NCBI RefSeq assembly: GCF_009914755.1
Contig: NC_060945.1
Reading direction: 5' to 3' (one strand)
Source: the human T2T-CHM13v2.0 reference genome, Homo sapiens
DNA length: 64,000 nt
Shown: piece after piece, positions 13,002 to 24,053 of the stretch
Position numbering within the stretch: the stretch's first letter is position 1
Layout: every line of letters begins with the position of its first letter
The notes under the pieces: model-generated
Seen by the model: the letters and a program-made list of their open reading frames with translations, nothing else
What the model was told of the DNA's origin: nothing
Database searches by the model: none
Made by a program: the position numbers and the translations under genes

Positions 13002-14699
13002 TCTTTGTGCTAGACCCATCTCCCATTGCCTTTCAAGGACCTCATCCCGGGAATGTCCTGCTCCTCCTGCACCCGGGTCCTCCTGCCCTCTTGCATTGCT
13101 CCTGCCAACATAAACTAAACAAGCCCCTGCCCGCAAGTCCCTTCCTCTTTCGAATCCACTCCACTTGGGCTTTGCTTGCCCCCTCTTTCTGAGATGGATT
13201 GAGGTCAGGTCAGCAAAGATTCTGCCTTGTTCAACCCATAGGCCAGCTCTCCACCCCTCAACCCACCTGCATTTCTGGAGCTGAGTGGATGAGTGAATGA
13301 ACGTGTGATTGCTGTAGCCAGACTGTCGCTGTTTTTGCGCTTTGGGGTTGTGTGCGTAGGTTTATGGACGGGCCTATGCCTTGATGTCGTGATGGAACTA
13401 CCGGGCACGTGGCAGGGAGATGAGGGGTTGAGAACCATATGGACGAGATCATGACCGGGGGATCAGAGATCAGGGCACAGTGAGAGCAGCTGAAGACTCA
13501 GGTGTGGGGTGGGGGCTGCGGTGGGAGGAGGGCAGCATGGTGGTCCGAAGCCCCTGCTGCCCGGCCCGCTCAGGCTGACTGAGAAGCAAGGGTGCAGAGT
13601 GTTTGTTTCCCTCCTGGCAGAAGCGAGCGTGCATGTGGTAGGAGCTGGCAGGCCCCTAACCTCCCTCCTGGCTCTGCCACTGGCCGACTAGGGATGGGGA
13701 CAGTGAGATGACAGCAGGGCCCTGGGGCCCAGAGCTTCCTGTGGGGGTGGACTCATGCCAGGCAGAGCGTGTGGCCTCCTCTGTGAGCTTCTTGACCAAT
13801 GCACTGCACTCAGCACGAACAGCAGTTACAGGGAGACGAGGCAGCCTTGCTCCCAGCAGCACGACCTCTGCCTTCCTCTCCTTCTGGAGCTCAGTGCAGC
13901 TCTGCCCAGTGCCGAATTTGTCCGTGGCCTTGGTTCTGGGTTCTGCCCGCTCAGTGGCGTGAGTGCAGGAAGGAGAATGGTGGCTGGCAAGGGCGGGGTG
14001 GACGGGAGTGAGAGACGGGCTTGGGGTTGAGGGGAGGCAGCAGTGACCCTCGCAGGGACCCTGACTGAGCCCCGGCCTTCGAGCTGAGGTCCCCAAGCCT
14101 TGCTGCATGTGTTGCCAGCTCTGTAGCTGGGTGGGGCCGGGGCTCTGGTTTCTGAGCAGCTTCTGGGGAGGCTGCCTGGGCCCCACCGTGCAAGGCCCCC
14201 CGGCCACAGAGGAGACCGCAGAGTGAGCTGGGAGGGCTGTCTGAGAGGCCTGGCCAGGTGGGCCCTACACACTGGGCATGTTCTGGTGCGGACTCTGATC
14301 GCTGTGGGCTCGGGCAGGTCTGCGCAGAGGTGTGACGAGAGCTGGGACCCCTGACAGCTGGGCGGGAACAGGGTGGCTGCTGAGGGGTAACAGAGAGGAG
14401 GGGCTGGGTGGAGGCAGGGAGGCCAGCTGGAGGCTGCCCCGCCAGGCAGGGTCAGGGACGGTAGCGCAGGCCTGGCTGGTGGCCGCCGGTGCTAGAGGTG
14501 GCCAGCTGTCCTGGGGCAGCCACGGTCAGCTGTCCTGGAGCAGCCACGCACTGCCGCGCAGACTCAGGAGGATGGAGTCTAGGCTGTGGGGAGAGGAGGC
14601 CATGAGGGGTGGGTCAGAGGCTGCAGCTCTGATGGGGTCTGGAGGTCAGAGTGGAATGGTGGAGGAACGATACCACTGTCCCCACTGTGGCATGGATGG

Positions 14700-14930
14700 T
14701 GGTGGGGACTGTGGTGGGGACGGTGGCGGGGACGCTGGCGGGGACTGTGGCAGAGACGCTGGCAGGGATGGTGACGGAGACTGTGGCGAGGACTGTGGCA
14801 GGGACGCTGGCAGGGATGGTGACGGGGACTGTGGCGGGGACACTGGTGTTGGGAACGCTGGTGGCGGGGATGGTGGCGGGGACGGTGGCAGGGATGCTGT
14901 CGGGGACTATGGCGGGGATGCTGCTGGGGA
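14700..14930. repeat. Degenerate 12-bp G-rich tandem repeat (GGCGGGGACNGT-like)
   Basis: ggcggggactgt/ggcagggatggt units; gives repetitive ORFs on both strands. Confidence 0.85.
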
Positions 14931-15601
14931 CCTTCTGTAGACGTGGATGCCGCCCCCACCGCACGATAGCGGCAGTGCATTTCTTCCTTCTGTTTTAGTG
15001 GTACATTCACAGGAAATCGCCCGTTTCTAGAACTTGCTGTTTCATATAGGACCTGGTGGTGTCAGGGAGACCAGCCTGGCCCCATGGGAAGCGTCTGTGG
15101 CTCCTGCTGCCCGTGGTTAGCACACTCTGCTGGGGGTCTGTGTGGCCTATCATCTGTGGCCACACGGACGCAGGGCCTCTGGGTGTCTGGCCTGGTTCCC
15201 ACACTGCCCCTCGGAAGGCTGCCAGGATGGAGGCCATGCTCTCGCGTGCTGGGGCCTTTGGATGCAAAGTGCTGGCCCGAGCAGTCGGCCAGTTCCATGC
15301 TCCGTGGGGAGAAGGTGGCCACTTTAGCCCCTCGCTGGCCTGCAGTGGCCGGACTTCTGCTCCCAGGGAGACCCTTCCCCCACCAGGTGACCCCGAGTTA
15401 ACCCAGAGCCTTGGTCTCACTCCTTGGGGGTCCCAAAGGGATCCTACTCCCTAGGCCAGAGCAGGTCTCTAAAGAAGCCTGCATGCTGTCCCGCTGTGCG
15501 CCGGCTCCTGACGCCCGCTGTCCCCTCTCAGTCCCCCTCCCTGCCCTGTCCTGCTCCCCCATTGGTGGACGGTGGACTGACTCAACCCCTCTGCATCCCA
15601 G

Positions 15602-15688
15602 GAACCCCATGGGCCGCACAGGACTGCGTGGGCGCGGGAGCCTCAGCTGCTTCGGACCCAACCACACGCTGTACCCCATGGTCACGCG
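15602..15688 (+). CDS. TRPM2: TRPM2 coding exon 28
   Basis: cccag|G AAC..., [30 protein letters not shown]|gtgagt; NUDT9-like NPxGRTGLxGRG motif. Confidence 0.96.
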
Positions 15689-15974
15689 GTGAGTTCATGT
15701 GTGCCGGGCACCAGCACCTCAGCAAGGCGGTCACCCCACCTTCACAAGGGGCGGCTGCCATTGCCCAGTGCTCAGGGGCCGGGAGGGCGGCTTTGATGCT
15801 TGGCACTTGGTGCCTACTGGGGGGATGCGGGAGGCGTCTGTGGATAAACGTGAATATGCCCGAAATGGGGCAGGAATGTCCATGCTGCCCATCCTGGAGG
15901 AAGATCCCAGGACCCATCCCCTCTCCCGGGGCTGCCTTCACTTTCCTGCCGGTCCCTGCCCATTAGAGGGCACC

Positions 15975-16600
15975 CTCCACGGGGACACAGCCCCACACTC
16001 ACCCCTAAGTCTCACTCCTCCATTCCCATCCACGGGGACACAGCCCCACACTGACCCCTCAGACTCACTCTCCACACCCATCCACGGGGACACAGTCCCA
16101 CACTCACCCCTCAGACCCACTCTCCACACCCATCCACGGGGACAGAGCCCCACACTCACCCCTCAGACTCACTTTCCACACCCATCCACGGGGACACAGC
16201 CCCACACTCACCCCTCAGACTCACTCTCCACACCCATCCATGGGGACACAGCCCCACACTCACCCCTCAGACTCACTCTCCACACCCATCCACGGGGACA
16301 CAGCCCCACACTCACCCCTCAGACTCACTCTCCACTCCTATCCACGGGGACACAGCCCCACACTCTCTCCTCAGACTCACTCCTCCCCACCCATCCACAG
16401 GGACACAGCCCCACACTCACCCCTCAGACTCACTCTCTACTCCCATCCACAGGGACACAGCCCCACACTCACCCCCTCAGACCCTCTCCATACTCATCCA
16501 GAGGGACACAGCCCCACACTCAACCCCCACCACAGGCTCATTCCTCCACACCCATTCACACACAGGGACACAGCTCCACACTCACCCCCTCAGGCTCACT
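15975..16600. repeat. ~52-bp minisatellite, ~12 copies
   Basis: Unit ccacggggacacagccccacactcacccctcagactcactctccacacccat. Confidence 0.94.
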
Positions 16601-16944
16601 CCTCTGCACTCCAGCAGCTGGCCCACTGCTCTCACCCAAGGCACGGGCCGCCTTCTGTGCAGGTGCAGACGCCTGCGTCCCTGAGGAAGCTGCCGGGGGC
16701 TCTTGCTGCCCCCATTGGGCAGGAATGGGATTCTGGGGCCCAGGCCCAGCTGCTGTGCCCTGTGCTCTCTGGGGCCTCTGCCTCCACAGCTGGGACCTCC
16801 CCCCAGCGGAGGGGCCTTTGGCCTCAGGGTCCTCTTGCTGCCCAGCCACTCTCACCCAGTGGCTTCTCTGGCCGTGCAGACATGGCCCTGGGGTGCGAGT
16901 CACTCTCTGCTCCCCAGTCCTTTGGCCTCTCCTTGGCCTGCCCA

Positions 16945-17195
16945 GGTGGCACTCGGCACCCCACGTCACCCCCACGTCACCCCCGGGCTGCACTCTGCAC
17001 CCCATGTGACCCCCAGGTGGCACTTGGCACCCCACGTCACCCCCATGTCACCCCCATGTCAACCCTGGGCTGCACTCAGCACCCCATGTCACCCCCACAT
17101 CACCCCCAGGTGGCCCTCGGCACCCCACATCACCCCCAGGCTGCACTCAGCATCCCACGTCACCCCCGGGAGGCACTCAGCACCCCACATCACCT
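16945..17195. repeat. Degenerate tandem repeat (gcactcagcaccccacgtcacccc)
   Basis: About 7 variable-length units. Confidence 0.8.
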
Positions 17196-17532
17196 CACTG
17201 GATTCCCACTGGCATTTTCTAAGAGTGGTCAAACTGCAAAGCTGGGTCAAAGGGCAGGTACCTCTCTAAGGATTTTAATGTTTAAAAAATTCTCCATGAA
17301 GGCTGGGTCTCTTTCTAGTTCTACCAGCTATGATGGAAGTGAAGAAGGACGTCCCCTAAGTGGTTACTATCTCAGTCTTTTCCCTGGGGATGAAGAACTT
17401 GAAAAAGAACACGGTTTGAGCCTGCAGTGGGCCTGACACTGCCCCGCCCCAGGCAGGGCCAGCCCCGCCGCGGCGCAGGGGAGGGTGGAGGCCGCAGCGG
17501 GTCCTGGGCAGCCATGGCCGCTCTCTCCGCAG

Positions 17533-17638
17533 GTGGAGGCGGAACGAGGATGGAGCCATCTGCAGGAAGAGCATAAAGAAGATGCTGGAAGTGCTGGTGG
17601 TGAAGCTCCCTCTCTCCGAGCACTGGGCCCTGCCTGGG
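17533..17638 (+). CDS. TRPM2: TRPM2 coding exon 29
   Basis: ccgcag|G TGG..., WRRNEDGAICRKSIKKMLEVLVVKLPLSEHWALPG, GGG|gtaagg. Confidence 0.96.
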
Positions 17639-19537
17639 GTAAGGCTGCCGCGTGTGGGACCTCTGTCCACTGGGCTGTCTGTGGGTCACTCGTCCATTCA
17701 TCCATTCTGCCCACGGACTGGACACCAGCCCCCTGCAGCCCCCTGCAGCCCCTGGGCAGGGAGGGTTCGAGACCCCGCCTGTTTTGTCTGTAGAAGACAC
17801 TCCTCCTCCCTTTTCCTCATGTTGCAGTTAGGAAAACCCAGGATCAGAGGATCTTTTGGTGCATAAACACTAACGGGGCACCTACTGTGTCCCAGGCATG
17901 GGCTGGGCTGCGGCTGGAGGCCACCTGGGCTCCCCTTGTGGAGTTCAGGGTGTTGGGGGCAGAGGTAGCTCTTCTCCCGTGTCTCAGACACCAACCAGCT
18001 CCTGACCTTCAGGGCCAGGTGCTGAGCCATAAATATAGGACGGTGTCATCCAGGGGTAGGGGCAGGTACAGGAGTAGGGGCAGGGGCAGCGACAGGGGTA
18101 GGTAGGGCCCAGGGTTGTGCACAGGCCCCTCAGCTCAGGGGCTGGTTGTGGGGCTGAGGCTGGAGCGCACCCCAGCATCTTGTGGGGAGGGGTGCACACA
18201 ATCAGGACAGATGGCCTGGGCCTTTCCTGTTCAAGTGCCTCCAACAGCTCCTGTTTCCTCCCAGGCCAGCCTGGCCTCCGCAGCCCTCCAGCCCGCTCAC
18301 TGCAGGGGATGGAAGAGGCTGGTCCTGCCAGGAGGTCTGAGTCCTGCCAGGCCTGGCCGTGGCGCATGGCCTCTGGGGTACAGCCTGCCCCGCAGGGCCT
18401 CTCCTCTGCACCTGATCCGGGGAGTCTGTGACTTACAACAACTCAGCAAGAAGCTGTTGCATTTCTCTGACCCCGAGCTCACGGCCTGGTGGCTGCCTCT
18501 GCTGCTGTGGGAGTGTGTGTGCCACCACGGTGTGCAGGGCAGCAGTGCCACAAGGGCCTCTGGGCAGGAACGGGGACTCCGGAGCCCAGGCCCAGCTGCT
18601 GGGTCCCAGTGCTTTGGGGGCCTGTCTCCACAGCTGGAACCACCCCCGCAGCAGAGGGGGCCTTTGGCCTTGGGGTCCCCTTGCTGCCCTGCTGCGCTCA
18701 CCCAGTAGCTTCTCTGCCTGTGCACACCTGGCCCTGGAACACGAGTCACCCTCCGCTCTCTGGCACTTTGGCCTCTCCATGCGGGGTGCGTGGAGTTGGG
18801 TTTGGGGGTCCCACTCACTGGCATCCCTGTCAGCTCAGGCTGGTCACTGAGAGGGGCACTCTGAGGGGCCTCCTGGGTTCCTGGCTCTGTAGGGCACGCA
18901 CGCTTGAGGGTGGGAGTGTCATGGGGCTGAGGTGGGACCGTCTTGACGTGGCCTGCAAAGTCTTCATGAGAAACCCACGGGTGTTTCAGTGGGACTTTGA
19001 ATGACAAATAGGGTGGGAAAGATGGGTGTGGGGAGGAGGAGGTGCAGGCCGGAGCTGGGTCCCTGAGTCAGGTGGCGCTCGGGAGCGTCTGGGAGCCCAG
19101 CCAGCCGCAGCACAGGCCGGGGTGGGACTGGGAGAGACGGGAATGCAAACAGGGAACCCGCCGTGGCAGCCTGCTGCACTGGGCGGGAGCTGGGAGGGGC
19201 GACGCGGGGGCAGGCGCCAGGGGAGCGGGAAGGGGGTGCCCTGTCACCCTTGGGGAGTCTGAGCTCAGGGTGGGTACCCTGGGGGCTGTCCCTGCTCCTC
19301 AGAGGTTGTGTCTGCAGCCCAGTGCCCCCTGCTCGGGCCACGGCAGGCCTCACAGATGCTGACGTGGACGGCGGGTTCTGGGCAATGTCACTGCAGCCTG
19401 AGATGCCGCCTGCCTGTGGCTCCCAGGGCTGGGCCGCTGCCCACGCCGGGCAGGAGGCCAGTGGAGACGGGTGCCAGGGCAGCCTGAGGTCCCGCTTCGG
19501 TGCCCTGTTGACCTGCCTCCGTCCTCTGTCTGTCCAG

Positions 19538-19639
19538 GGCTCCCGGGAGCCAGGGGAGATGCTACCTCGGAAGCTGAAGCGGATCCTCCGGCAGGAGCAC
19601 TGGCCGTCTTTTGAAAACTTGCTGAAGTGCGGCATGGAG
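19538..19639 (+). CDS. TRPM2: TRPM2 coding exon 30 (degenerate Nudix box)
   Basis: gtccag|GGC..., GSREPGEMLPRKLKRILRQEHWPSFENLLKCGME, GAG|gtattc; RILRQE replaces NUDT9 REFGEE. Confidence 0.96.
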
Positions 19640-20187
19640 GTATTCCTGGCCTGTTTGCTCTGTTCCACCTGTGTGTCCCCAGGGCTGCAGGACAAACACA
19701 GTGTGATACTGGGGACCTGCCCCAGCACCACTGGGTGGCAGCGGTCCCACCCAGCTTCACCAGGTGACGGTGGTCCCAGCCCCTGCCCCCACGTTGCACA
19801 GCTCCCAGAGGACCCGGAAGCATAGCTGTGTGCAGGGCCCCTCAGACATCTCGCCCTCCCTCTCTGTTCCATTTTCTCCTCTCTAAATCAAGGGGGATGG
19901 GCTGAGGACCCTTGCTGCCTTCGAGTGTGACAGCTGCTTGGAGGCCTGGTGCCGCCCTCCTCCCCACATCCACCCTTGCCTCGAGCACAGCTGCGCCCAA
20001 GGGTGCTGGGAAGCCAGCCCCTCCCTCAGACCTCGCCCCGACTCCCAAGCTCTGGAGGGGCCCTTCCCACATGCATGCCCAGCCTGGGGACCGACTGTAC
20101 CAGGACTTTTTATTTACTTCTTTAGAAACCTCGATCTTTCCTTAGAAAGCCTCCATCTCCAGCTCTCTCACACAAATGCATGCACAC

Positions 20188-20490
20188 TTTTTTTTTAATT
20201 TTTATTTTTGGAAACAAGGTCTTATTCTGTCACCCAGGCTAGAGTGCAGTGGTGCGATCTTGGCTTGCTGCAGCCTCCACCTCCCGGGCTCAAGCAATGC
20301 TCTTGCCTTGGCCTCCCAGGCAGCAGGGGCTGCAGCGGTGAGACACCACACCCGTCTAATATTTTGTATTTTTAGTAGAGACAGGGTTTGGCCATGTTGC
20401 CCAGGCTGGTCATGAACTGGGCTCAAGCGATCTGCCCACCTCAGCCTCCCAAAGTGCTGGGATTACAGGTGTGAGCCACTGCGCCCAGCC
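20188..20490 (-). mobile_element. AluJ-like
   Basis: Reverse Alu with J-type gggctcaagcgatctgccc. Confidence 0.88.
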
Positions 20491-20525
20491 CTTTATGGAC
20501 GCTCTTTATAAAAGCAGGCTACACG

Positions 20526-20800
20526 GGCCGGGTGCGCTGGCTCACACCTGTAATCCCAACACTTTGGGAGGCTGAGGTGGGTAGATCACTTGAGGTCAGG
20601 AGTTCGAGACCAGCCTGGCCAACATGGTGAAACCCCGTCTCTACTAAAAATACAAAAATTAGCCAGGCCTGATGGCGCACACCTGTAATCTCAGCTACTT
20701 GGGAGGCTGAAGCAGAAGAATTGCTTGAACCAGGCGGCGGAGGTTGCAGTGAGCCGAGGTTGCACCACTGCGCTCAAAAAAAAAAAAAAAAAAAAAAAAA
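20526..20800 (+). mobile_element. AluSx-like, with 3' internal deletion
   Basis: Alu consensus plus long poly-A; head-to-head with the previous Alu. Confidence 0.9.
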
Positions 20801-21259
20801 GTGATCAATGCCATGGTGTGGAGCACTTCACAACATTGTGCAGCCACCACCTCTATCCGGTTCCAGAACGTTCCATCACCCCAGTCACCCCCAGCTCCTC
20901 CCCAGCACTCCCGCATCTGCTTCCCATCTCCTTGGATTTGCCGGTTCTGGGTGTCTGTTATGAGTGGACTCCTACAACAGGTGGCCTTTGAAACTGTCTT
21001 CCTTCACTGAGCAGACGTTTCCAAGGCGTTTCCAAGATCTCTGCAGGGCAAGGACGTGTCTGTCCAGGATGAAGCCCGCATTGGGCTGCTCCGCCTTGCA
21101 GGCCCAGGCAGGCTGGCGGGGGCTGGGGAGAGCTGGGCCGGGGTCCTGTGTGTGCTGGAAGCTGTGCTCAGAGCTGGGTCAGGGTGGAGGGCACGAGGTG
21201 GGCCGGGGCACCGCTCAGGTGTCCCTCGCTGTCGGGCTTACCCTGCCCTGCCCATCCAG

Positions 21260-21376
21260 GTGTACAAAGGCTACATGGATGACCCGAGGAACACGGACAA
21301 TGCCTGGATCGAGACGGTGGCCGTCAGCGTCCACTTCCAGGACCAGAATGACGTGGAGCTGAACAGGCTGAACTCT
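21260..21376 (+). CDS. TRPM2: TRPM2 coding exon 31
   Basis: atccag|GTG..., VYKGYMDDPRNTDNAWIETVAVSVHFQDQNDVELNRLNS, TCT|gtatgt; conserved NUDT9 GYxDDPRNTDNAW motif. Confidence 0.96.
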
Positions 21377-22162
21377 GTATGTGCCTGGCCTCCCTGGAGG
21401 CGGGAGTGGGGAGGCAGGGACGGGTATGGGCGTGGCCTCCGGGGAGGGGGTTGGCAGGGATGGGGGTCTGGATTCTGGCAGGCTGAACTCTGTATGGGCG
21501 TGGCCTCCGGGGAGAGGGAAGGCGGGGACCGGGGTCTGGATTCTGGACGTGCCTCGAGGGCTTCCAAGGGAGGGACCTGGCCGTGCTCCTGGGGCCCAGG
21601 GCCAGAAACTGGAGGCTACAGGGTCAGAGTCTTGCCCAGAAAGTGACAAAGGGGGCACCAGGGAGAGGCCGGGGAGCCACCTCAGGTGGCCAGAGCTCAC
21701 AGGGCTGGCCAGGCGACCATAGGGCCCTGTGTAGTTCTGGGACCTGGGTCCTCCAGGGAGGCCTCGAAGATGGCATCCAGGGGTGAGGCTGGCAAGGCCC
21801 CCTCAGCCCCCGGCTGCCGGCTTTTAGCTCTTTATGGGGATGTGGATTCCCAGTACTTGGATTAATCCTGCATGCTCCTAATTCAGAACTGGGATGGGAA
21901 ATTCCATAAATAACCCCGGGCTTTAAATGCGGGCTAAATAGCTCCCGGCAAAGCTGCACCTGCATCTTCTTCCCCTGAAGGATCCTCAGGGCCTTGTGGG
22001 TGCATCTCTGGTGCACCTGACGCAGGGGTCCTGCCTCCCATTTCACAGAGGAGTAAAGGGAGGGTGTGCAGGCCCCAAGCCCTCGAAGGCTGCAGTCCGT
22101 AGGGCTCAGCTGGGCAGAGGCAGGGCTGGCGGGGAGGGTCAGCTGTGCCCTTGTTCTTCCAG

Positions 22163-22288
22163 AACCTGCACGCCTGCGACTCGGGGGCCTCCATCCGATG
22201 GCAGGTGGTGGACAGGCGCATCCCACTCTATGCGAACCACAAGACCCTCCTCCAGAAGGCAGCCGCTGAGTTCGGGGCTCACTACTGA
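22163..22288 (+). CDS. TRPM2: TRPM2 terminal coding exon 32
   Basis: ttccag|AAC..., NLHACDSGASIRWQVVDRRIPLYANHKTLLQKAAAEFGAHY-TGA. Confidence 0.97.
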   Translation, partial: NLHACDSGASIRWQVVDRRIPLYANHKTLLQKAAAEFGAHY

Positions 22289-23142
22289 CTGTGCCCTCAG
22301 GCTGGGCGGCTCCAGTCCATAGACGTTCCCCCCAGAAACCAGGGCTTCTCTCTCCTGAGCCTGGCCAGGACTCAGGCTGTTCCTGGGCCCTGCACATGAT
22401 GGGGTTTGGTGGACCCAGTGCCCCTCACGGCTGCCGCAAGTCTGCTGCAGATGACCTCATGAACTGGAAGGGGTCAAGGTGACCCGGGAGGAGAGCTCAA
22501 GACAGGGCACAGGCTACTCAGAGCTGAGGGGCCCCTGGGACCCTTGGCCATCAGGCGAGGGGCTGGGCCTGTGCAGCTGGGCCCTTGGCCAGAGTCCACT
22601 CCCTTCCTGGCTGTGTCACCCCGAGCAGCTCATCCACCATGGAGGTCATTGGCCTGAGGCAAGTTCCCCGGAGAGTCGGGGTCCCCTGTGGCCCCCTCAG
22701 GCCTATGTCTGTGAGGAAGGGGCCCTGCCACTCTCCCCAAGAGGGCCTCCATGTTTCGAGGTGCCTCAACATGGAGCCTTGCCTGGCCTGGGCTAGGGGC
22801 ACTGTCTGAACTCCTGACTGTCAGGATAAACTCCGTGGGGGTACAGGAGCCCAGACAAAGCCCAGGCCTGTCAAGAGACGCAGAGGGCCCCTGCCAGGGT
22901 TGGCCCCAGGGACCCTGGGACGAGGCTGCAGAAGCTCTCCCTCCCTACTCCCTGGGAGCCACGTGCTGGCCATGTGGCCAGGGACGGCATGAGCAGGAGG
23001 CGGGGACGTGGGGGCCTTCTGGTTTGGTGTCAACAGCTCACAGGAGCGTGAACCATGAGGGCCCTCAGGAGGGGAACGTGGTAAAACCCAAGACATTAAA
23101 TCTGCCATCTCAGGCCTGGCTGGCTCTTCTGTGCTTTCCACA

Positions 23143-23148
23143 AATAAA
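23143..23148 (+). terminator. TRPM2: TRPM2 polyadenylation signal (AATAAA; alternative ATTAAA at 23095-23100)
   Basis: First canonical AATAAA ~0.85 kb after the stop codon. Confidence 0.8.
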
Positions 23149-23834
23149 GTTCCTGACACGTCCAGGGCCAGGGGCTGTGTGACGGCTGCCTGAAGTTCTC
23201 CTCGATCCCCCGGTGAGCTTCCTGCAGCCTGTGGATGTCCTGCAGCCCCTCAGCCCTACCCCCAAGTTTCTCCTCTGACCCATCAGCTCCCTGTCTTCAT
23301 TTTCCTAAACCTGGGCTCCAGCATCGTCCCCAAGCCCACCAGGCCAGGATGCAGGCATCCACATGCCCTCCTCCTTGGCTTCCCCTGCGTGGTGGTGCCA
23401 ATGTGCCCTGGCACCCCTGCAGAGGCTCCGGATGGAGCCTGGGGCTGCCTGGCCACTGAGCACTGGCCGAGGTGATGCCCACCCTTCCCTGGACAGGCCT
23501 CTGTCTTCCACCTGACCCAAAGCTCTCTAGCCACCCCCTTGTCCCCAGGTATCCCCCTCACCCCATCAGCGTCACCAAGGACACAACTGACCCCTTATGC
23601 CCTGCTTAGAATCAGTCCCGTCACCAACTTTTGTGACGGAGTCACCTTGGGGTTTGATAAAAATGTAGATCTTCAGGCCCCTCTTGAAGCTCAGAGGCAG
23701 CAGGGCTGGGAGGTCCTGGAAGCTGCATCTGTGGTCAGCATCCGCCACTCCCAAGGGGCTCGCAGGTGGCGGGTTTGAACCACAAAGCAGCCTGGATGTG
23801 GCCCACCCCACCCCTCTCCAGCTCCCTCTCCTGC

Positions 23835-24053
23835 TGCAATGCAGCCTCCACGTGCAATGCAGCCTCCACGTGCAATGCAGCCTCCACGTGCAATGCAGCC
23901 TCCATGTGCAATCCAGCCTCCAGGTGCAATGCAGCCTCCACGTGCAATCCAGCCTCCAGGTGCAATGCAGCCTCCACGTGCAATGCAGCCTCCACGTGCA
24001 ATCCAGCCTCCATGTGCAATGCAGCCTCCACGTGCAATCCAGCCTCCAGGTGC
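23835..24053. repeat. 18-bp minisatellite (TGCAATGCAGCCTCCACG)x12
   Basis: Directly visible; 6-aa periodic ORFs in all frames. Confidence 0.95.

Noticed and set aside
14332-15010. Repetitive Gly/Asp-, Pro- and Val-rich ORFs
   Set aside because: Produced by the 12-bp G-rich repeat; no splice or homology support
15699-17436. 436-aa and 398-aa ORFs right after exon 28, as an intron-retention extension
   Set aside because: The exon-28 frame stops immediately in the intron (CGG TGA); the ORFs come from stop-poor VNTRs
18964-19872. 302-aa minus-strand ORF over exon 30
   Set aside because: GC-rich shadow ORF with no domain signature
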